DNA of 45,219 bases from a virus. Its lineage: Duplodnaviria; Heunggongvirae; Uroviricota; Caudoviricetes. The position numbers were made by a program, and so were the translations under genes. Location: positions 1 through 45,219 of the IMG/VR virus record IMGVR_UViG_2740892444_000003. One strand, written 5' to 3'. Within the stretch, counting starts at the first letter, position 1. Each line of letters starts with the position of its first letter. The notes beneath the pieces are model-generated. The model saw nothing but the letters and a program-made list of their open reading frames with translations, was not told where the DNA came from and ran no database searches. Positions 19,554 through 29,616 of the stretch are shown piece after piece.

Positions 19554-20495
19554 TTAAATGCCATCAACGTACGAAATGGTTTCTTTGTACACTGGCTCGA
19601 CTGCACCCAGCTTGCCGTAGTAGGTCGCAATCTGATACAGACCACGATACTGGATAGGAACGCTCTGCAACGGCACCAGCGGATAGCGCACGTATTTCTT
19701 GTCGTTGGTGTACGCAACCATGCGATCCTTATCCCCCACACCACGGCCTTTCAGCCATTTAACCGCGCGGATATTCAGCGGAACACCGTTCTGGTGATAG
19801 CTGATGGTGTTGGTCTGAAGATACGTCAACAGGGACTGGTTACCCGCAGATGAAACGATGATGCTGGACAACAGAGCAAACTGCTCAGGCGGGATCAGCA
19901 AATCACGCGGAACCACAGAGTAACCGGAAGCGGCCCACGCATCAGACAGCACCTGGTTAATGCTTGCGCGGATTTCGTCCGGTGTTGAGGTTGCCCACGT
20001 TTTGGCAGCGTTGTTGACAGGAACACCGTTCAGGGTAACAAGGCCTTTCAGGTTTAATGCGGAATCGCCAACATACACCTGTTCATCGTTATCCATCTGC
20101 CATTTCAGTTGCATCCCGTCATACTTCTGCGTATCAATCGGGCGTCCGACCTGCTGAGCAGCCTGCAATTCTATGACCGTCCAGCCAAGTTCCATCCCCC
20201 ACAGGTTCAGCGGGTTACCGGATTTGCCGATATCCACGTTTACGCCAGCAATAGCGGTTGAGTCTTTGCCTACCCAGTTTTTGCCATTCGGATTTGCGCC
20301 AGTACCCGCAGCGGCGAAGCTGGTATTCGTCCAGCTGGAAATGTCATCTGCGATAGAGACATCTTCACGCAACTGAATATCGCGGGTCCATGTGTACCCC
20401 ACCAGTGGCAGGTTCAGAGTCTGGTCGAGTCGCTCCAGCTCTCCGATGAGAAAGGCACCAGAGCTGTCAACGGTTGCCTGATCAAAAGTAATCAT
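19554..20495 (-). CDS. Major capsid protein
   Basis: A 313-aa protein positioned after the scaffold and decoration genes, resembling DUF2184-type capsid proteins (from memory). Confidence 0.8.
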   Translation of the reverse strand: MITFDQATVDSSGAFLIGELERLDQTLNLPLVGYTWTRDIQLREDVSIADDISSWTNTSFAAAGTGANPNGKNWVGKDSTAIAGVNVDIGKSGNPLNLWGMELGWTVIELQAAQQVGRPIDTQKYDGMQLKWQMDNDEQVYVGDSALNLKGLVTLNGVPVNNAAKTWATSTPDEIRASINQVLSDAWAASGYSVVPRDLLIPPEQFALLSSIIVSSAGNQSLLTYLQTNTISYHQNGVPLNIRAVKWLKGRGVGDKDRMVAYTNDKKYVRYPLVPLQSVPIQYRGLYQIATYYGKLGAVEPVYKETISYVDGI

Positions 20496-20506
20496 TCGTC
20501 TGTTCC

Positions 20507-21010
20507 TTAAATCTTCCAGGAAATTTCTGCATTGCCGTTAGCATCACCGGCACCTGTGAATTCAGCGTTGGTCAGCACCACGTTTTTGCCACTGACTGAC
20601 GTGGCCATGAATCCACCCAGCGGCACTTTGATGGATCCATCAGTGGAGACGACAACGTATACCGGGTCGCCTTTTTTGATGGTGCTGGCATCAAAATCAG
20701 AACCGAGATTAACGGTCACGTAGCCACGCTTCATTGCGTCGCCCGGGAAGTTCTTGCCACTCCCCACCTGGCGAACCATGTCCGGCTGCGACGTGGTCGG
20801 ATAAGGGCGCACATAGATCCCCTTCACCTTGTCTGCGGTATCACCATCTGCCAGCGGTACGAAAAAACCGTCAGCATCGTATTTACCAGCCAGCCCATAG
20901 GCAGCAAAGGCGTTATCGGATTTAAGGACCACCGGTTCGACGGTTAAGTCCTGCGGGCGAGAGATAGCCCCGGCAATGCCAACAGGCATCCGGTACAGAT
21001 ATGCAGTCAT
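20507..21010 (-). CDS. Head decoration / cement-type protein
   Basis: A 167-aa ORF between the scaffold and capsid genes. Confidence 0.45.
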   Translation of the reverse strand: MTAYLYRMPVGIAGAISRPQDLTVEPVVLKSDNAFAAYGLAGKYDADGFFVPLADGDTADKVKGIYVRPYPTTSQPDMVRQVGSGKNFPGDAMKRGYVTVNLGSDFDASTIKKGDPVYVVVSTDGSIKVPLGGFMATSVSGKNVVLTNAEFTGAGDANGNAEISWKI

Positions 21011-21014
21011 TGTA

Positions 21015-22235
21015 TTATCCTTTGCGGTTAGACCAGAATTCGGCGTTTTGTTTGTTCAGGGAAGCGATGCTGGTCATGCCCATGTTTGGGCGCTGTGCAT
21101 CGCCGGTGGTGGCGCGGGTGTTTCGCCCTTTGGCAATCTCAGACACGGCATTAAACGCCATGTTGACCGATTGTTTCGGTAATTTGCGGATATCCGCATC
21201 ACCGACTATCTGGCGAACCAGCGTTTTATCTGCGGAAGCCAGAACCTCGCGTTTGAACGCGGTCGGTTTCATCTTACGGCTCAGATCGATACCCGGAACG
21301 ATAACTTCGGCACGCCAGGCTGAGTCACCAGTAATCGTGGTTTCCTCTTCATCGTCCTCGCCGTCACCGGTCGGATTATCGTCAGGCTTATTGTCGTTAT
21401 CGCCCGTCGCATTTCCTTCCAGCTTAGCCAGCAGGGCTTTCAGTAATGTTTTGAGGTCATCATCACTGTCGCCGGTTGGACCTCCACCCATCTCTGGTGC
21501 TTTGTCCGGTAGTGGTTGCTGCGGGGACAGGTTGATGTTGAGATTAACGCCCTGCGGCAAATCCCCCTCATCTCCTGTAACCGATGCGGGAGCCGACTCC
21601 ACCAGTTCGTTCATGGTGTCGGCATCTCCTGTCTTGATGGCTGCACGCATGCGGTTCCACCAGTTTTTCTTTTGATTTGCCATTGTGTCTCTGTCTCCAA
21701 TTGCACAACGATTTCCGGCTCTGCCTTTGGGGACAAGAGCCACATGGTTTCCGGTAATATCGACCTGCTCGGCTTTACCTGGCTCGGTCTGCTCGTACTC
21801 CGCGTCATAACCGCACGACACTTCACGCAGGCCATCTTCGATAAGCTGAATGGCGTTTTCGTCTTTGACGATAAGGTCAGCCAGCATCAAATCAGACTGC
21901 TCACCCGTCCCGCGCCGGACATTCTGGAGGTGCCCGACAGCAAGCTCTTTCCAGTTCTCGGGATTTACCAGCCGCACATTCCCGTTTTCATCTTCAGGAT
22001 GCAGGATCGTGATGCTCATCCCTTCGAATGATGCGAGCGTGGCCGGATGGAATACCTGCTCAGGAGAACGCGTTACGACTATCTCACCGAGCTTGTCGGG
22101 TTTGAGGTTTGGCAGATCGGCAGCGCCGTAGAGCTGCTTACCCGTTCGACCTATCGGCACGTCTTTGCACAGCAGCGAGCCGTCAGCCAGCTGATAGCGG
22201 GTTTCCCCCAGCCGGGTATTGAAAAAATATTTCAT
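21015..22235 (-). CDS. Prohead protease/scaffold protein (DUF2213-like) with an acidic low-complexity centre
   Basis: A 406-aa protein with a D/E/G-rich central linker, positioned between the Mu-F-like and capsid genes. Confidence 0.6.
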   Translation of the reverse strand: MKYFFNTRLGETRYQLADGSLLCKDVPIGRTGKQLYGAADLPNLKPDKLGEIVVTRSPEQVFHPATLASFEGMSITILHPEDENGNVRLVNPENWKELAVGHLQNVRRGTGEQSDLMLADLIVKDENAIQLIEDGLREVSCGYDAEYEQTEPGKAEQVDITGNHVALVPKGRAGNRCAIGDRDTMANQKKNWWNRMRAAIKTGDADTMNELVESAPASVTGDEGDLPQGVNLNINLSPQQPLPDKAPEMGGGPTGDSDDDLKTLLKALLAKLEGNATGDNDNKPDDNPTGDGEDDEEETTITGDSAWRAEVIVPGIDLSRKMKPTAFKREVLASADKTLVRQIVGDADIRKLPKQSVNMAFNAVSEIAKGRNTRATTGDAQRPNMGMTSIASLNKQNAEFWSNRKG

Positions 22236-22249
22236 GGTTTACCTGCGAT

Positions 22250-23023
22250 TCAGGCGAGATAAGAATGAGGGTTGGGGAAGACGATTTCTTTGTAACAGCG
22301 GCAGTTCGGGAGTTCGCCAGCGTGACCGGTCATGCCATCAAGCGTTGGAGGTTTGCCCCATTCGACAAACTTACCTTCCATCTCCCGATGAGAATGCCGG
22401 ACGTCGCCATCTTCGGCTGTACGCCAGATATAACCATTCGAGCCGATTGACAGCGCACGCGCCTGATCGAGCGCGCCGGTTGCGCGTCCAAGCTCGGTAC
22501 GGGCGATAAGGTTCGCTCGTGAGCGTGACACGTCACCGGACGCAGCTATCTCTTTCGCGAATGGCTCAGCGCGGCCACCAGACACAACGGCCTCGATGGC
22601 CTTGTTCTGAATGTCATACACCCGATCGGCGGCCTCAAGAGGCAGTGACTTGATGTACTTAATTTGCTCGGCGACGATGGATTTCATCACCTGGCCTACC
22701 GGGGCGCGGTCGACCATGTTGCGCAGCTCTGCGCTGATGTTCCGGCTGTGCTGACGCCACTGCTTTTCATTCTGGCGTGCAATGTCGGCGGTAAAGTTCT
22801 CAGCAACCTTCGTCGCCCAGGGGGTGATGATTTCGCTGTAGCGCTCCAGCGCATCCATTATTTCGGTGACACTGTCATTTGAACCATCGTAGCGACCATT
22901 TACGATATCCCCGACCGCCCGCGCTATCTGCCGTAGGCTCGTTCGATATCGGATCTCCGCCTGGCGACTCTGGCGGTTTGTCGCCAAGTTCGCCGATGCC
23001 TGGCGGCGCTTCGTCTTCGGCAT
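22250..23023 (-). CDS. Head morphogenesis protein (Mu F / SPP1 gp7 family)
   Basis: It has the C-terminal ...ELPNCRCY motif typical of the family. The start is uncertain: ATG 23023 overlaps the portal gene by 149 nt, and the alternative is ATG 22858. Confidence 0.7.
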   Translation of the reverse strand: MPKTKRRQASANLATNRQSRQAEIRYRTSLRQIARAVGDIVNGRYDGSNDSVTEIMDALERYSEIITPWATKVAENFTADIARQNEKQWRQHSRNISAELRNMVDRAPVGQVMKSIVAEQIKYIKSLPLEAADRVYDIQNKAIEAVVSGGRAEPFAKEIAASGDVSRSRANLIARTELGRATGALDQARALSIGSNGYIWRTAEDGDVRHSHREMEGKFVEWGKPPTLDGMTGHAGELPNCRCYKEIVFPNPHSYLA

Positions 23024-24341
23024 TCTCTATGTCCTCGTCGGTAATTGACGCCCCGATGCCGGTTACGTCAGAATTTTCGCGCAAATCGGTCATAGCGGCT
23101 TTCAGTGTCATCAGACCATCACCCAGCGCCGTACTGATTGCGTTGGTAGTGTTTAACGCCACCGTTGAGCGATCGACATCAGACATTTGCCAGAGCGGGT
23201 TAAACTCAAACGTGAAATCGTCCGGCAGCGGCTTACCGAGTTCCGAGCGGTGCATAATGTCCAGTATCCGGCGCATCGGCATCCGTAAGCGGCGCTCCTG
23301 CAATGAGCTCACCCGGTCGTAATAGTTGGCAAGATCTGCATCACCGGTAGAAAATCCTTTCGGGGACTGTCCGAACAACCGCACCAGTGGGATACCAACA
23401 GCGCCACTAATCTGTTCTGCAAACTGTGAAAGGATGTCATCCAGACCACTGAAGCTGTACTGATGGGTTTCGAACTTATCCCGCGAGTCCATGAGCGTCA
23501 TGCCTTCATTGCTCTGGAACTGTCGAATCAGGTCGATATTCTTCAGCAACGCTTCATACGCAGGACCACCAAGTGCGATAAGCTCACGTAGCTTCTCCAC
23601 GCTGTAGGTACGCAGATGCGCCTTGTAGACCAGCTGCGCCGCACCGACAGTAGCGCTGTCGAACGCGGTAAGACGATCCCAGATACGCTCTACAACCGAC
23701 ATTCCCCATTCGTTCTCGGTCATCTTCTGCTGGAATGGCAGCGTCACCCCGTCGAAGCGAATCAGGCGACTGTGATGGATGCGCCAGGCCGGAATGCCCG
23801 TTGCGGTGGTCACCACGTCGTAAAACTCAGGCTTGCCGAGGTCCGGCCCCATCTCTTTAATGCGGCGTGTCAGCACCGGGTTAATCATCCAGCGGTCGAG
23901 CGGGAGAATGCCCTTAAACTTGCCCTCGCCAATGGTTTCGAGTCGCAGCGGGGTCATTGGTGCCTGCCCCTCGATCATGATGAAGCCAACCGCACCGCCA
24001 TAGAGACGAGACCATTTCAGCACGTCATTCAGCGCATCCCAGATTTGCAACTCATCCAGTTGTGATTCGAGAATGCCGCGATCTTTTGCATCAATTTCCG
24101 AAGTGATGCGAATGCCTTTGCGGGTCATATCATCCGGGATAGCATCGACCGCTTCGCCGATAACCCAGGATGAACGATAGGACCATTCCACCAGCATGCG
24201 GTTACGACTGGTGAAATTAGCCCGGTAGGTGGATGCTGAGTGCTGGTTAGGTGTCTGCATTCCCACGCGGGCGACAAAGTTCTCATAGCCATCAGCGGTG
24301 GCCTGTGCCGTTCGCCGCGTGGCTTGTTTGTTTCGTGCCAT
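22875..24341 (-). CDS. Portal protein
   Basis: A 488-aa protein immediately downstream of terL with an ATGA-type overlap. Confidence 0.8.
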   Translation of the reverse strand: MARNKQATRRTAQATADGYENFVARVGMQTPNQHSASTYRANFTSRNRMLVEWSYRSSWVIGEAVDAIPDDMTRKGIRITSEIDAKDRGILESQLDELQIWDALNDVLKWSRLYGGAVGFIMIEGQAPMTPLRLETIGEGKFKGILPLDRWMINPVLTRRIKEMGPDLGKPEFYDVVTTATGIPAWRIHHSRLIRFDGVTLPFQQKMTENEWGMSVVERIWDRLTAFDSATVGAAQLVYKAHLRTYSVEKLRELIALGGPAYEALLKNIDLIRQFQSNEGMTLMDSRDKFETHQYSFSGLDDILSQFAEQISGAVGIPLVRLFGQSPKGFSTGDADLANYYDRVSSLQERRLRMPMRRILDIMHRSELGKPLPDDFTFEFNPLWQMSDVDRSTVALNTTNAISTALGDGLMTLKAAMTDLRENSDVTGIGASITDEDIENAEDEAPPGIGELGDKPPESPGGDPISNEPTADSAGGRGYRKWSLRWFK

Positions 24342-25963
24342 CAGGCCTGTCTCCCTAGCAGCTCCCAGATATTCAGGGCTGAATTCATTGGCGCATAGTT
24401 GATCATCACCGAGTCGGCAAGGTTTGGCGACCGGGTTCCATCAGGCTGTTTATCAATAACGATTTTTCCCACACCATTAATGGAATAGGTCGGCTGCGAA
24501 AGCTCGATGATGAGTTTATCTTTGAGTGCCATGCTACTGCTGATTGAGATGATTTCGTCCGGGTTGTAAGCCATACCTTCAACCACGGCACGCCAGGTGT
24601 TCTGAAAAAGTTTACGTAACCGCCACCAGCTCTGGGCTTTGGCGTTAGCGAAGAAGTCCTTGTTCAGGCGTGCGGCCTGTCCGTTGTCCCCGCGCACCGC
24701 TTCATCGTCCGGATCAAATACCGCGCCGCTACCACGAAACGGTGTGGCGAGTATTGACGGTCGGCGCGCTGCGTAACGCAGTTCGTTGATGGCGCGCGCA
24801 TCGCCGCGAACGCCAGCACCCAGGCCGTCCTCGTCGAAGCGAAACTCTTCGAGGTTGTCCTGTTCGCAAAAGCCGAAGACCTTCTCAACAGACTGGTAAA
24901 TGTCGCTGCCAACGCCGGACCATTCACGCACGTTCTCCAGAAGGAAGCCGTGACGGGTCGAAAAGGCATTTTTGTCCCGGCCTTCGTCGGCGACGTCCAT
25001 CGCGCCCAGTCGCTTGCCCGTTGGCTGAATACCAAGTTTGATATGCGCGTCGACGGCAGCCTGTACCCAGTCGGACGGGATCAGGACGCCTTCCGCAGAT
25101 GCGCTGTAGTTCAGGTCAAGTTCCTGCGCCACCACCACCGGATTGTCGATTTTCTCGCACTCCCTGCGATACCACTCTTCATCCTTGCGCGGGTCATCTC
25201 GCCAGTGGAACGTGAATACTGGTATTTTTCCGCCGTGGCGCTTCTGAGCGAACGGGTTCGCCATGCCGTTAACTGAACTCAGGTCAATACGGCAACGCGT
25301 CGTTTGTGACAACGCCGCATCAATCAGCAGAGGACGCTGAAGGAATGCAGCCTCATCCACCAGATAAAGCGTGGTACGGTCACCACGTCCGATATTGTCG
25401 CCAGCCTCGCCTTTGATAACCGCGCCAGTATCTGGAAACTCAACGCGCATATACGGCGCATGCTTCTTCTCGTCCCACGAACCACGAAACTCGATGGGCA
25501 GTGTTTCCACGAACTTTCGCGCCTTCCAGAACAGCGCCTTCGGGTCACCGGTGCTGTCGACGTATTCCTCTTTACGGGAGCCGAAACCGATAACCATTTC
25601 TTTGTTGAAGAGACAAAGCGAGCAGGCCAGCCCGATCGCGGTCCAACTGAGCCCCATTTCACGGGATTTTTCGGTAATACCATTCTCCCGATTACCCCAG
25701 CGTTCCATAATCCAGTGGATCCACTCCTCCTGCTTAGGGAAGAGTAAAAACGGAATGGTCACCGGCAGGCCATAATCAATATTACGCGGGTCCGTTGTCA
25801 TGCCCCAGTCGATGATGAACTGAGCCGGATTGGTTCGGTAAAACTGTTTTAGTGCAGGCAATATTTCAGGATTCTGGCGAATGCGCTGTAGGCGTTCCAT
25901 CCGCCATTCAAAAACCATCTGGTAATCAGGATGTTTAAAATCGAAGGGGAATGGTAACGGCAT
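24341..25963 (-). CDS. Terminase large subunit
   Basis: A 540-aa protein with a Walker-type ATPase region (FGSRKEEYV.. / LYLVDEAAF) and a C-terminal nuclease-like region. Confidence 0.9.
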   Translation of the reverse strand: MPLPFPFDFKHPDYQMVFEWRMERLQRIRQNPEILPALKQFYRTNPAQFIIDWGMTTDPRNIDYGLPVTIPFLLFPKQEEWIHWIMERWGNRENGITEKSREMGLSWTAIGLACSLCLFNKEMVIGFGSRKEEYVDSTGDPKALFWKARKFVETLPIEFRGSWDEKKHAPYMRVEFPDTGAVIKGEAGDNIGRGDRTTLYLVDEAAFLQRPLLIDAALSQTTRCRIDLSSVNGMANPFAQKRHGGKIPVFTFHWRDDPRKDEEWYRRECEKIDNPVVVAQELDLNYSASAEGVLIPSDWVQAAVDAHIKLGIQPTGKRLGAMDVADEGRDKNAFSTRHGFLLENVREWSGVGSDIYQSVEKVFGFCEQDNLEEFRFDEDGLGAGVRGDARAINELRYAARRPSILATPFRGSGAVFDPDDEAVRGDNGQAARLNKDFFANAKAQSWWRLRKLFQNTWRAVVEGMAYNPDEIISISSSMALKDKLIIELSQPTYSINGVGKIVIDKQPDGTRSPNLADSVMINYAPMNSALNIWELLGRQA

Positions 25964-25965
25964 AC

Positions 25966-26517
25966 TTAGCCCATCATTTTTTTATACGCTTCTGCAGCCT
26001 GCTCCGGCGTTAAGTTGGTAATTTCTGTTCTGACTGGTCCTCCGTCAGCACCAGTCACTTCATTTTTGACGTTGTCTTTAAACGCCTGAACAGAAACATG
26101 ACGCCCGAGCAACTCAAGGTTTTTAACCTTATCAGGCCATTTGATTTTCTTCAGGAGAGCAGCACTATCTGCTGATGCCATCTCGACGACATCCATTCCT
26201 GATAGCGTTGTACGCCACACCTTAGGCCAGTCTTTAATGGGCTTCAGTTCGCCATTGGCAAGCAGAATGTCAAGCACGTCCATCTGATCGATTTCAATAA
26301 GGCGATTAAGTACATATTCTGCATTAATACTAACAAGATCATTGCGTTGCGCTTTCAGTTCGGCGATTCTTAACTTGATGTCAGGTTTTGACAGGTTTTC
26401 GGATGCGGTACGGTTAGCTGTCTTTGCGCTGTACCCCGCCCGAATAGCCGCTTGCGTGGCGTTTAAATCGATGAGGTACTCGCGACAGAACATTTCTTGC
26501 TTGTCGGTGAGTGCCAT
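25966..26517 (-). CDS. Terminase small subunit (Terminase_2 / P27 type)
   Basis: [30 protein letters not shown]... is the characteristic N-terminal HTH of this family. Confidence 0.8.
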   Translation of the reverse strand: MALTDKQEMFCREYLIDLNATQAAIRAGYSAKTANRTASENLSKPDIKLRIAELKAQRNDLVSINAEYVLNRLIEIDQMDVLDILLANGELKPIKDWPKVWRTTLSGMDVVEMASADSAALLKKIKWPDKVKNLELLGRHVSVQAFKDNVKNEVTGADGGPVRTEITNLTPEQAAEAYKKMMG

Positions 26518-26541
26518 AGTTTTCTCTAGAGGATTTCTTTA

Positions 26542-26778
26542 ATGAACTCAAAGCAAATTTTTTACCGAAATACAGGTCATGATAATGAAACTTATATATT
26601 CCTGGACAAATTGGACAATGGCTCCTACCAAGTCAGGGCTGGTCATTCGTCACCTGTGAGCCATTTTGAATGGAAGGGTGATGAAACCATTCAGACAGTG
26701 GAAGAGTTTCTAGGTTCTAACCCATCATATACTGAACGTGTTCATCAACTAATTTCTGAGTTTGAAGCAGAATCGTAA
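26542..26778 (+). CDS. Hypothetical 78-aa protein on the opposite strand to all neighbouring genes
   Basis: It has a GAGGA RBS, is AT-rich, and is divergent from terS with only 24 bp between the start codons. Confidence 0.4.
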   Translation: MNSKQIFYRNTGHDNETYIFLDKLDNGSYQVRAGHSSPVSHFEWKGDETIQTVEEFLGSNPSYTERVHQLISEFEAES

Positions 26779-27199
26779 TCACCACCCAAGCGACTCAACT
26801 GATATCTAGTTCATCATTACTAGGACTAAAAGTAGATTCCTGACATTGAGAACCTCTTTATCCGCTTGTGGGGATATCAGTTAAGTTATCCCGTGTAGGG
26901 TATAAGCCATTGTCGAGACCACTCATTGAATGGCCTCTGCAATAACCGATGTCTTTCCATCAGTCCGCCACCACAAAGAATCTTTTTTGCCATAAGGCAG
27001 GAGGTTCATCTTTCAGTGGCTGCCAGTGTTATTTCCCCACTTACTGGCTTGGGTTGTTTCGCTGTACTGCCGTTAACTGGTGGCGCACAGATTTAGTTAA
27101 ATCCGTTCTCGCATGATCCAGCTTTTACATACCTGGATTGTGAGGGATGTAAATCACGGTTTCATTATCAAGCCCACCAGTAGATGGGCTTTGTAATGG

Positions 27200-27457
27200 C
27201 TACTTCGCTTTTGCTTCCGCTCGCTTACGCCGGCGCTCTTCTTTCCTCTCGGCTTTTGCCATGTCCATGAATGCCTGCATGATCGAGTTACGCATCATGT
27301 AGCTAACAAAGTGATGATTGACACAGCCGTTGAGGCGCAGCTGCTCGCCAAACTCATCCACCGAGGCCAATGCTTCCATCATGCCCTTCTCGCCTTTCAT
27401 GAACTCTGAGAAGTCGCGCCCCGCTCTGGAGGCGCATTCAATAACACGATCACTCAT
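27200..27457 (-). CDS. Hypothetical 85-aa protein with a basic C-terminal tail
   Basis: It overlaps the KilA-N gene stop (ATGA), and its C-terminus is KEERRRKRAEAKAK. Confidence 0.5.
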   Translation of the reverse strand: MSDRVIECASRAGRDFSEFMKGEKGMMEALASVDEFGEQLRLNGCVNHHFVSYMMRNSIMQAFMDMAKAERKEERRRKRAEAKAK

Positions 27458-27951
27458 CCCGGAAGCCCGGGGATCGTAATCTGCAGCTGGTTAGCCAGGG
27501 AGTTAATCTCAGCGACCAACACTGGCTTCGTATAGCGCCATGCTGCCAGCCCTTGTCCGCAGAAGCTCGCCATGTCTTTCTTCTGGTCAAACTCATGACA
27601 TTTCATGTTGAGCTGCGCACTTAAGCTGTTGCGATGCTGAAGTTCTCCGGTGAAGTAGTCATCGAGGACTTTATAGGCCGCGTACTTGAACCCGGGGTTT
27701 AACCAAGCCGCATAATCGTAAGCAACAAACTTCCCGCCATATGTTCCACCGTGTACACCGCGCTCAGTAAAAACCACAGATTCGTGGTTTTTCTCCAGCT
27801 CGGCTAAGAACTCTTTGGTCTGCTTGTTTCGCAGGTAGTGGTACGGAGATTCAGATTCACTTTTACCACTGGCTTTCCACATATCAGTGAGGCAGATCAT
27901 TCCTGATTCATCAACACGGATCGGTGTATTAAAAAGCGTGATTGCTTTCAT
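27454..27951 (-). CDS. KilA-N domain DNA-binding protein
   Basis: From MKAITLFNTPIRVDESGMICLTDMWKASGK..., a pattern typical of the KilA-N domain. Confidence 0.65.
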   Translation of the reverse strand: MKAITLFNTPIRVDESGMICLTDMWKASGKSESESPYHYLRNKQTKEFLAELEKNHESVVFTERGVHGGTYGGKFVAYDYAAWLNPGFKYAAYKVLDDYFTGELQHRNSLSAQLNMKCHEFDQKKDMASFCGQGLAAWRYTKPVLVAEINSLANQLQITIPGLPG

Positions 27952-28094
27952 AGCGTCTTTACCTTTTAGAAAGTGAGCCTGTCTCACAGAAAAGCCGCCC
28001 GAGAGAGGTCGCCACCTATAACGGCATTTCTCAGGCTCGCTTACTGAAAGGCTCTCGTTAATATGCGCGTGAGATGCGCGTTTACTGCGGACAT

Positions 28095-28120
28095 AAAAAA
28101 GCCCCGCTTTTCGCGAGGCT
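28095..28120 (-). terminator. Rho-independent terminator after Rz
   Basis: On the minus strand, GCCTCGCGAAAAGCGGGGC is followed by T6. Confidence 0.6.
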
Positions 28121-28151
28121 CATTAAATTGACTTTGTGATTTGCAAAAAAA

Positions 28152-28589
28152 TTATTTCAGGCACTGAGTCCTGATGTACTCCTGCAGGTAGTTAACCTGC
28201 GCGGTTATCCTGTCGATTCCACTTCGGAGACGGTAATAATTGAGTTCAGCATCTGCTGTAAGTCTTGGGCTTTCTCCATCGCCCATGCTGCTGGCTCCGG
28301 CCGTTGACTTTGCACAGGTGGCGGCGACTTGCAGGCGCTTACGACCAGCAGAAACATCAGCACGGAGACTTTCGATAGTAGCGTTAGCATCAGCAAGCTC
28401 CTTTGTGTATCTGGCGTCAAGTTCTGCTACATCACGTTGACGCTTCTGCATATCAGCGATGATGGACGTGGCTTTATCGCGCTGTTCTTTATAGGCGATG
28501 GCGTTATCACGGTAATGATTAACAGCCCATGACAGGCAGACGATGATGCAAATAACCAGAGCGGAGATAATCGCGGTTACTCTGCTCAT
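28152..28589 (-). CDS. Rz: Spanin inner-membrane subunit Rz
   Basis: The N-terminus [31 protein letters not shown] matches lambda Rz as I recall it; the central part differs. Confidence 0.85.
   Translation of the reverse strand: MSRVTAIISALVICIIVCLSWAVNHYRDNAIAYKEQRDKATSIIADMQKRQRDVAELDARYTKELADANATIESLRADVSAGRKRLQVAATCAKSTAGASSMGDGESPRLTADAELNYYRLRSGIDRITAQVNYLQEYIRTQCLK
28205..28390 (-). CDS. Rz1: Spanin outer-membrane lipoprotein Rz1 (embedded in Rz, +1 frame)
   Basis: It has the lipobox LLVVSAC followed by a Pro-rich mature part, and is fully nested in Rz as in lambda. Confidence 0.7.
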   Translation of the reverse strand: MLTLLSKVSVLMFLLVVSACKSPPPVQSQRPEPAAWAMEKAQDLQQMLNSIITVSEVESTG

Positions 28590-29062
28590 ACCTCAATCTC
28601 TCTGACCGTTCCGCCAGCCTCTTTGAATTTTGCAATCAGGCTGTCAGCCTTATGCTCGAACTGACCATAACCAGCGCCCGGAAGTGAAGCCCAGATATTG
28701 CTGCAACGGTCAATTGCCTGACGAATATCACCGCGATCAATCATTGGTAAAGCGCCACGCTCTTTAATCTGTTGCAGTGCCACAGCGTCCTGGCTTTTGG
28801 GGGAGAAGTCTTTCAGGCCAAGCTGCTTACGGTAGGCATCCCACCAACGTGAAAGAAGCTGATAGCGACCGGCGGCTGTTGATTTGAGTTTGGGGTTTAG
28901 CGTGACAAGTTTGCGAGGGTGATCTGAGTAATCAGTGAATAGCTCTCCGCCTACAATGACGTCATAACCATGATTTCTGGTTTTCTGACGTCCGTTATCA
29001 GTTCCCTCTGACCATGCCAGCATATCGAGGAACGCCTTACGTTGATTATTGATTCCCACCAT
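28586..29062 (-). CDS. R: Endolysin, lambda R-type lytic transglycosylase
   Basis: A 158-aa protein, [42 protein letters not shown]..., near-identical to lambda R as I recall it. Confidence 0.9.
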   Translation of the reverse strand: MVGINNQRKAFLDMLAWSEGTDNGRQKTRNHGYDVIVGGELFTDYSDHPRKLVTLNPKLKSTAAGRYQLLSRWWDAYRKQLGLKDFSPKSQDAVALQQIKERGALPMIDRGDIRQAIDRCSNIWASLPGAGYGQFEHKADSLIAKFKEAGGTVREIEV

Positions 29063-29369
29063 CTTCTACTCCGGCTTTTTTAGCAGCGAAGCGTTTGATA
29101 AGCGAACCAATCGAGTCAGTACCGATGTAGCCGATGAACACGCTCGTTATATAAGCGAGATTGCTACTTAGTCCGGCGAAGCCGAGAAGGTCACGAATGA
29201 ACCAGGCGATAATGGCGCACATCGTTGCGTCGATTACTGTTTTTGTAAACGCACCACCATTATATCTGCCGCGAAGGTACGCCATTGCAAACGCAAGGAT
29301 TGCCCCGATGCCTTGTTCCTTTGCCGCGAGAATGGCGGCTAACAGGTCATTTTTTTCTGGCATCTTCAT
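29046..29369 (-). CDS. S: Holin/antiholin, lambda S-type (dual start MKM)
   Basis: A 107-aa protein, [39 protein letters not shown]..., near-identical to lambda S107. Confidence 0.9.
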   Translation of the reverse strand: MKMPEKNDLLAAILAAKEQGIGAILAFAMAYLRGRYNGGAFTKTVIDATMCAIIAWFIRDLLGFAGLSSNLAYITSVFIGYIGTDSIGSLIKRFAAKKAGVEDGGNQ

Positions 29370-29616
29370 GTCTTACCCCCAATAAGGGGATTTGCTCTAT
29401 TTAATTAGGAATATGGTCGGTTACTGATAGAACAAATCCAGGCTACTGTGTTTAGTAATCAGATTTGTTCGTGACCGATATGCACGGGCAAAACGGCAGG
29501 AGGTTGTTAGCGCAACCTCTTGCCACCCGCTTTCACGAAGGTCATGTGTAGAAGGCCGCAGCGTAACTATCACTGATGAATTCAGGATAGCCAGTGGCTA
29601 CGGCTCAGTTTGGGTT

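Noticed and set aside
19514-19744. The N-terminal part of the 150-aa minus-strand ORF 19292-19744.
   Set aside because: This part overlaps the 3' end of the major capsid gene in another frame and is Cys/Arg/Trp-rich. Only the distal 73 codons, starting at ATG 19513 with an AAGGA RBS, look like a gene.
21001-21675. A 224-aa plus-strand ORF (Ser/Pro/Leu-rich), together with similar long plus-strand ORFs across the head/tail region, e.g. 5875-6186, 7955-8392, 14271-15019, 15882-16286, 17989-18405, 21516-22031, 22879-23322 and 25371-25775.
   Set aside because: They are antisense shadows of well-supported minus-strand structural genes in GC-rich coding DNA. They have low-complexity composition and no RBS, and they would overlap essential genes completely.
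22875-23023. A 149-nt overlap between the portal 3' end and the Mu-F-like gene start, considered as a possible frameshift or fusion signal.
   Set aside because: No slippery sequence was noticed. It is more simply explained by start-codon uncertainty, since an alternative ATG lies at 22858, downstream of the portal stop.
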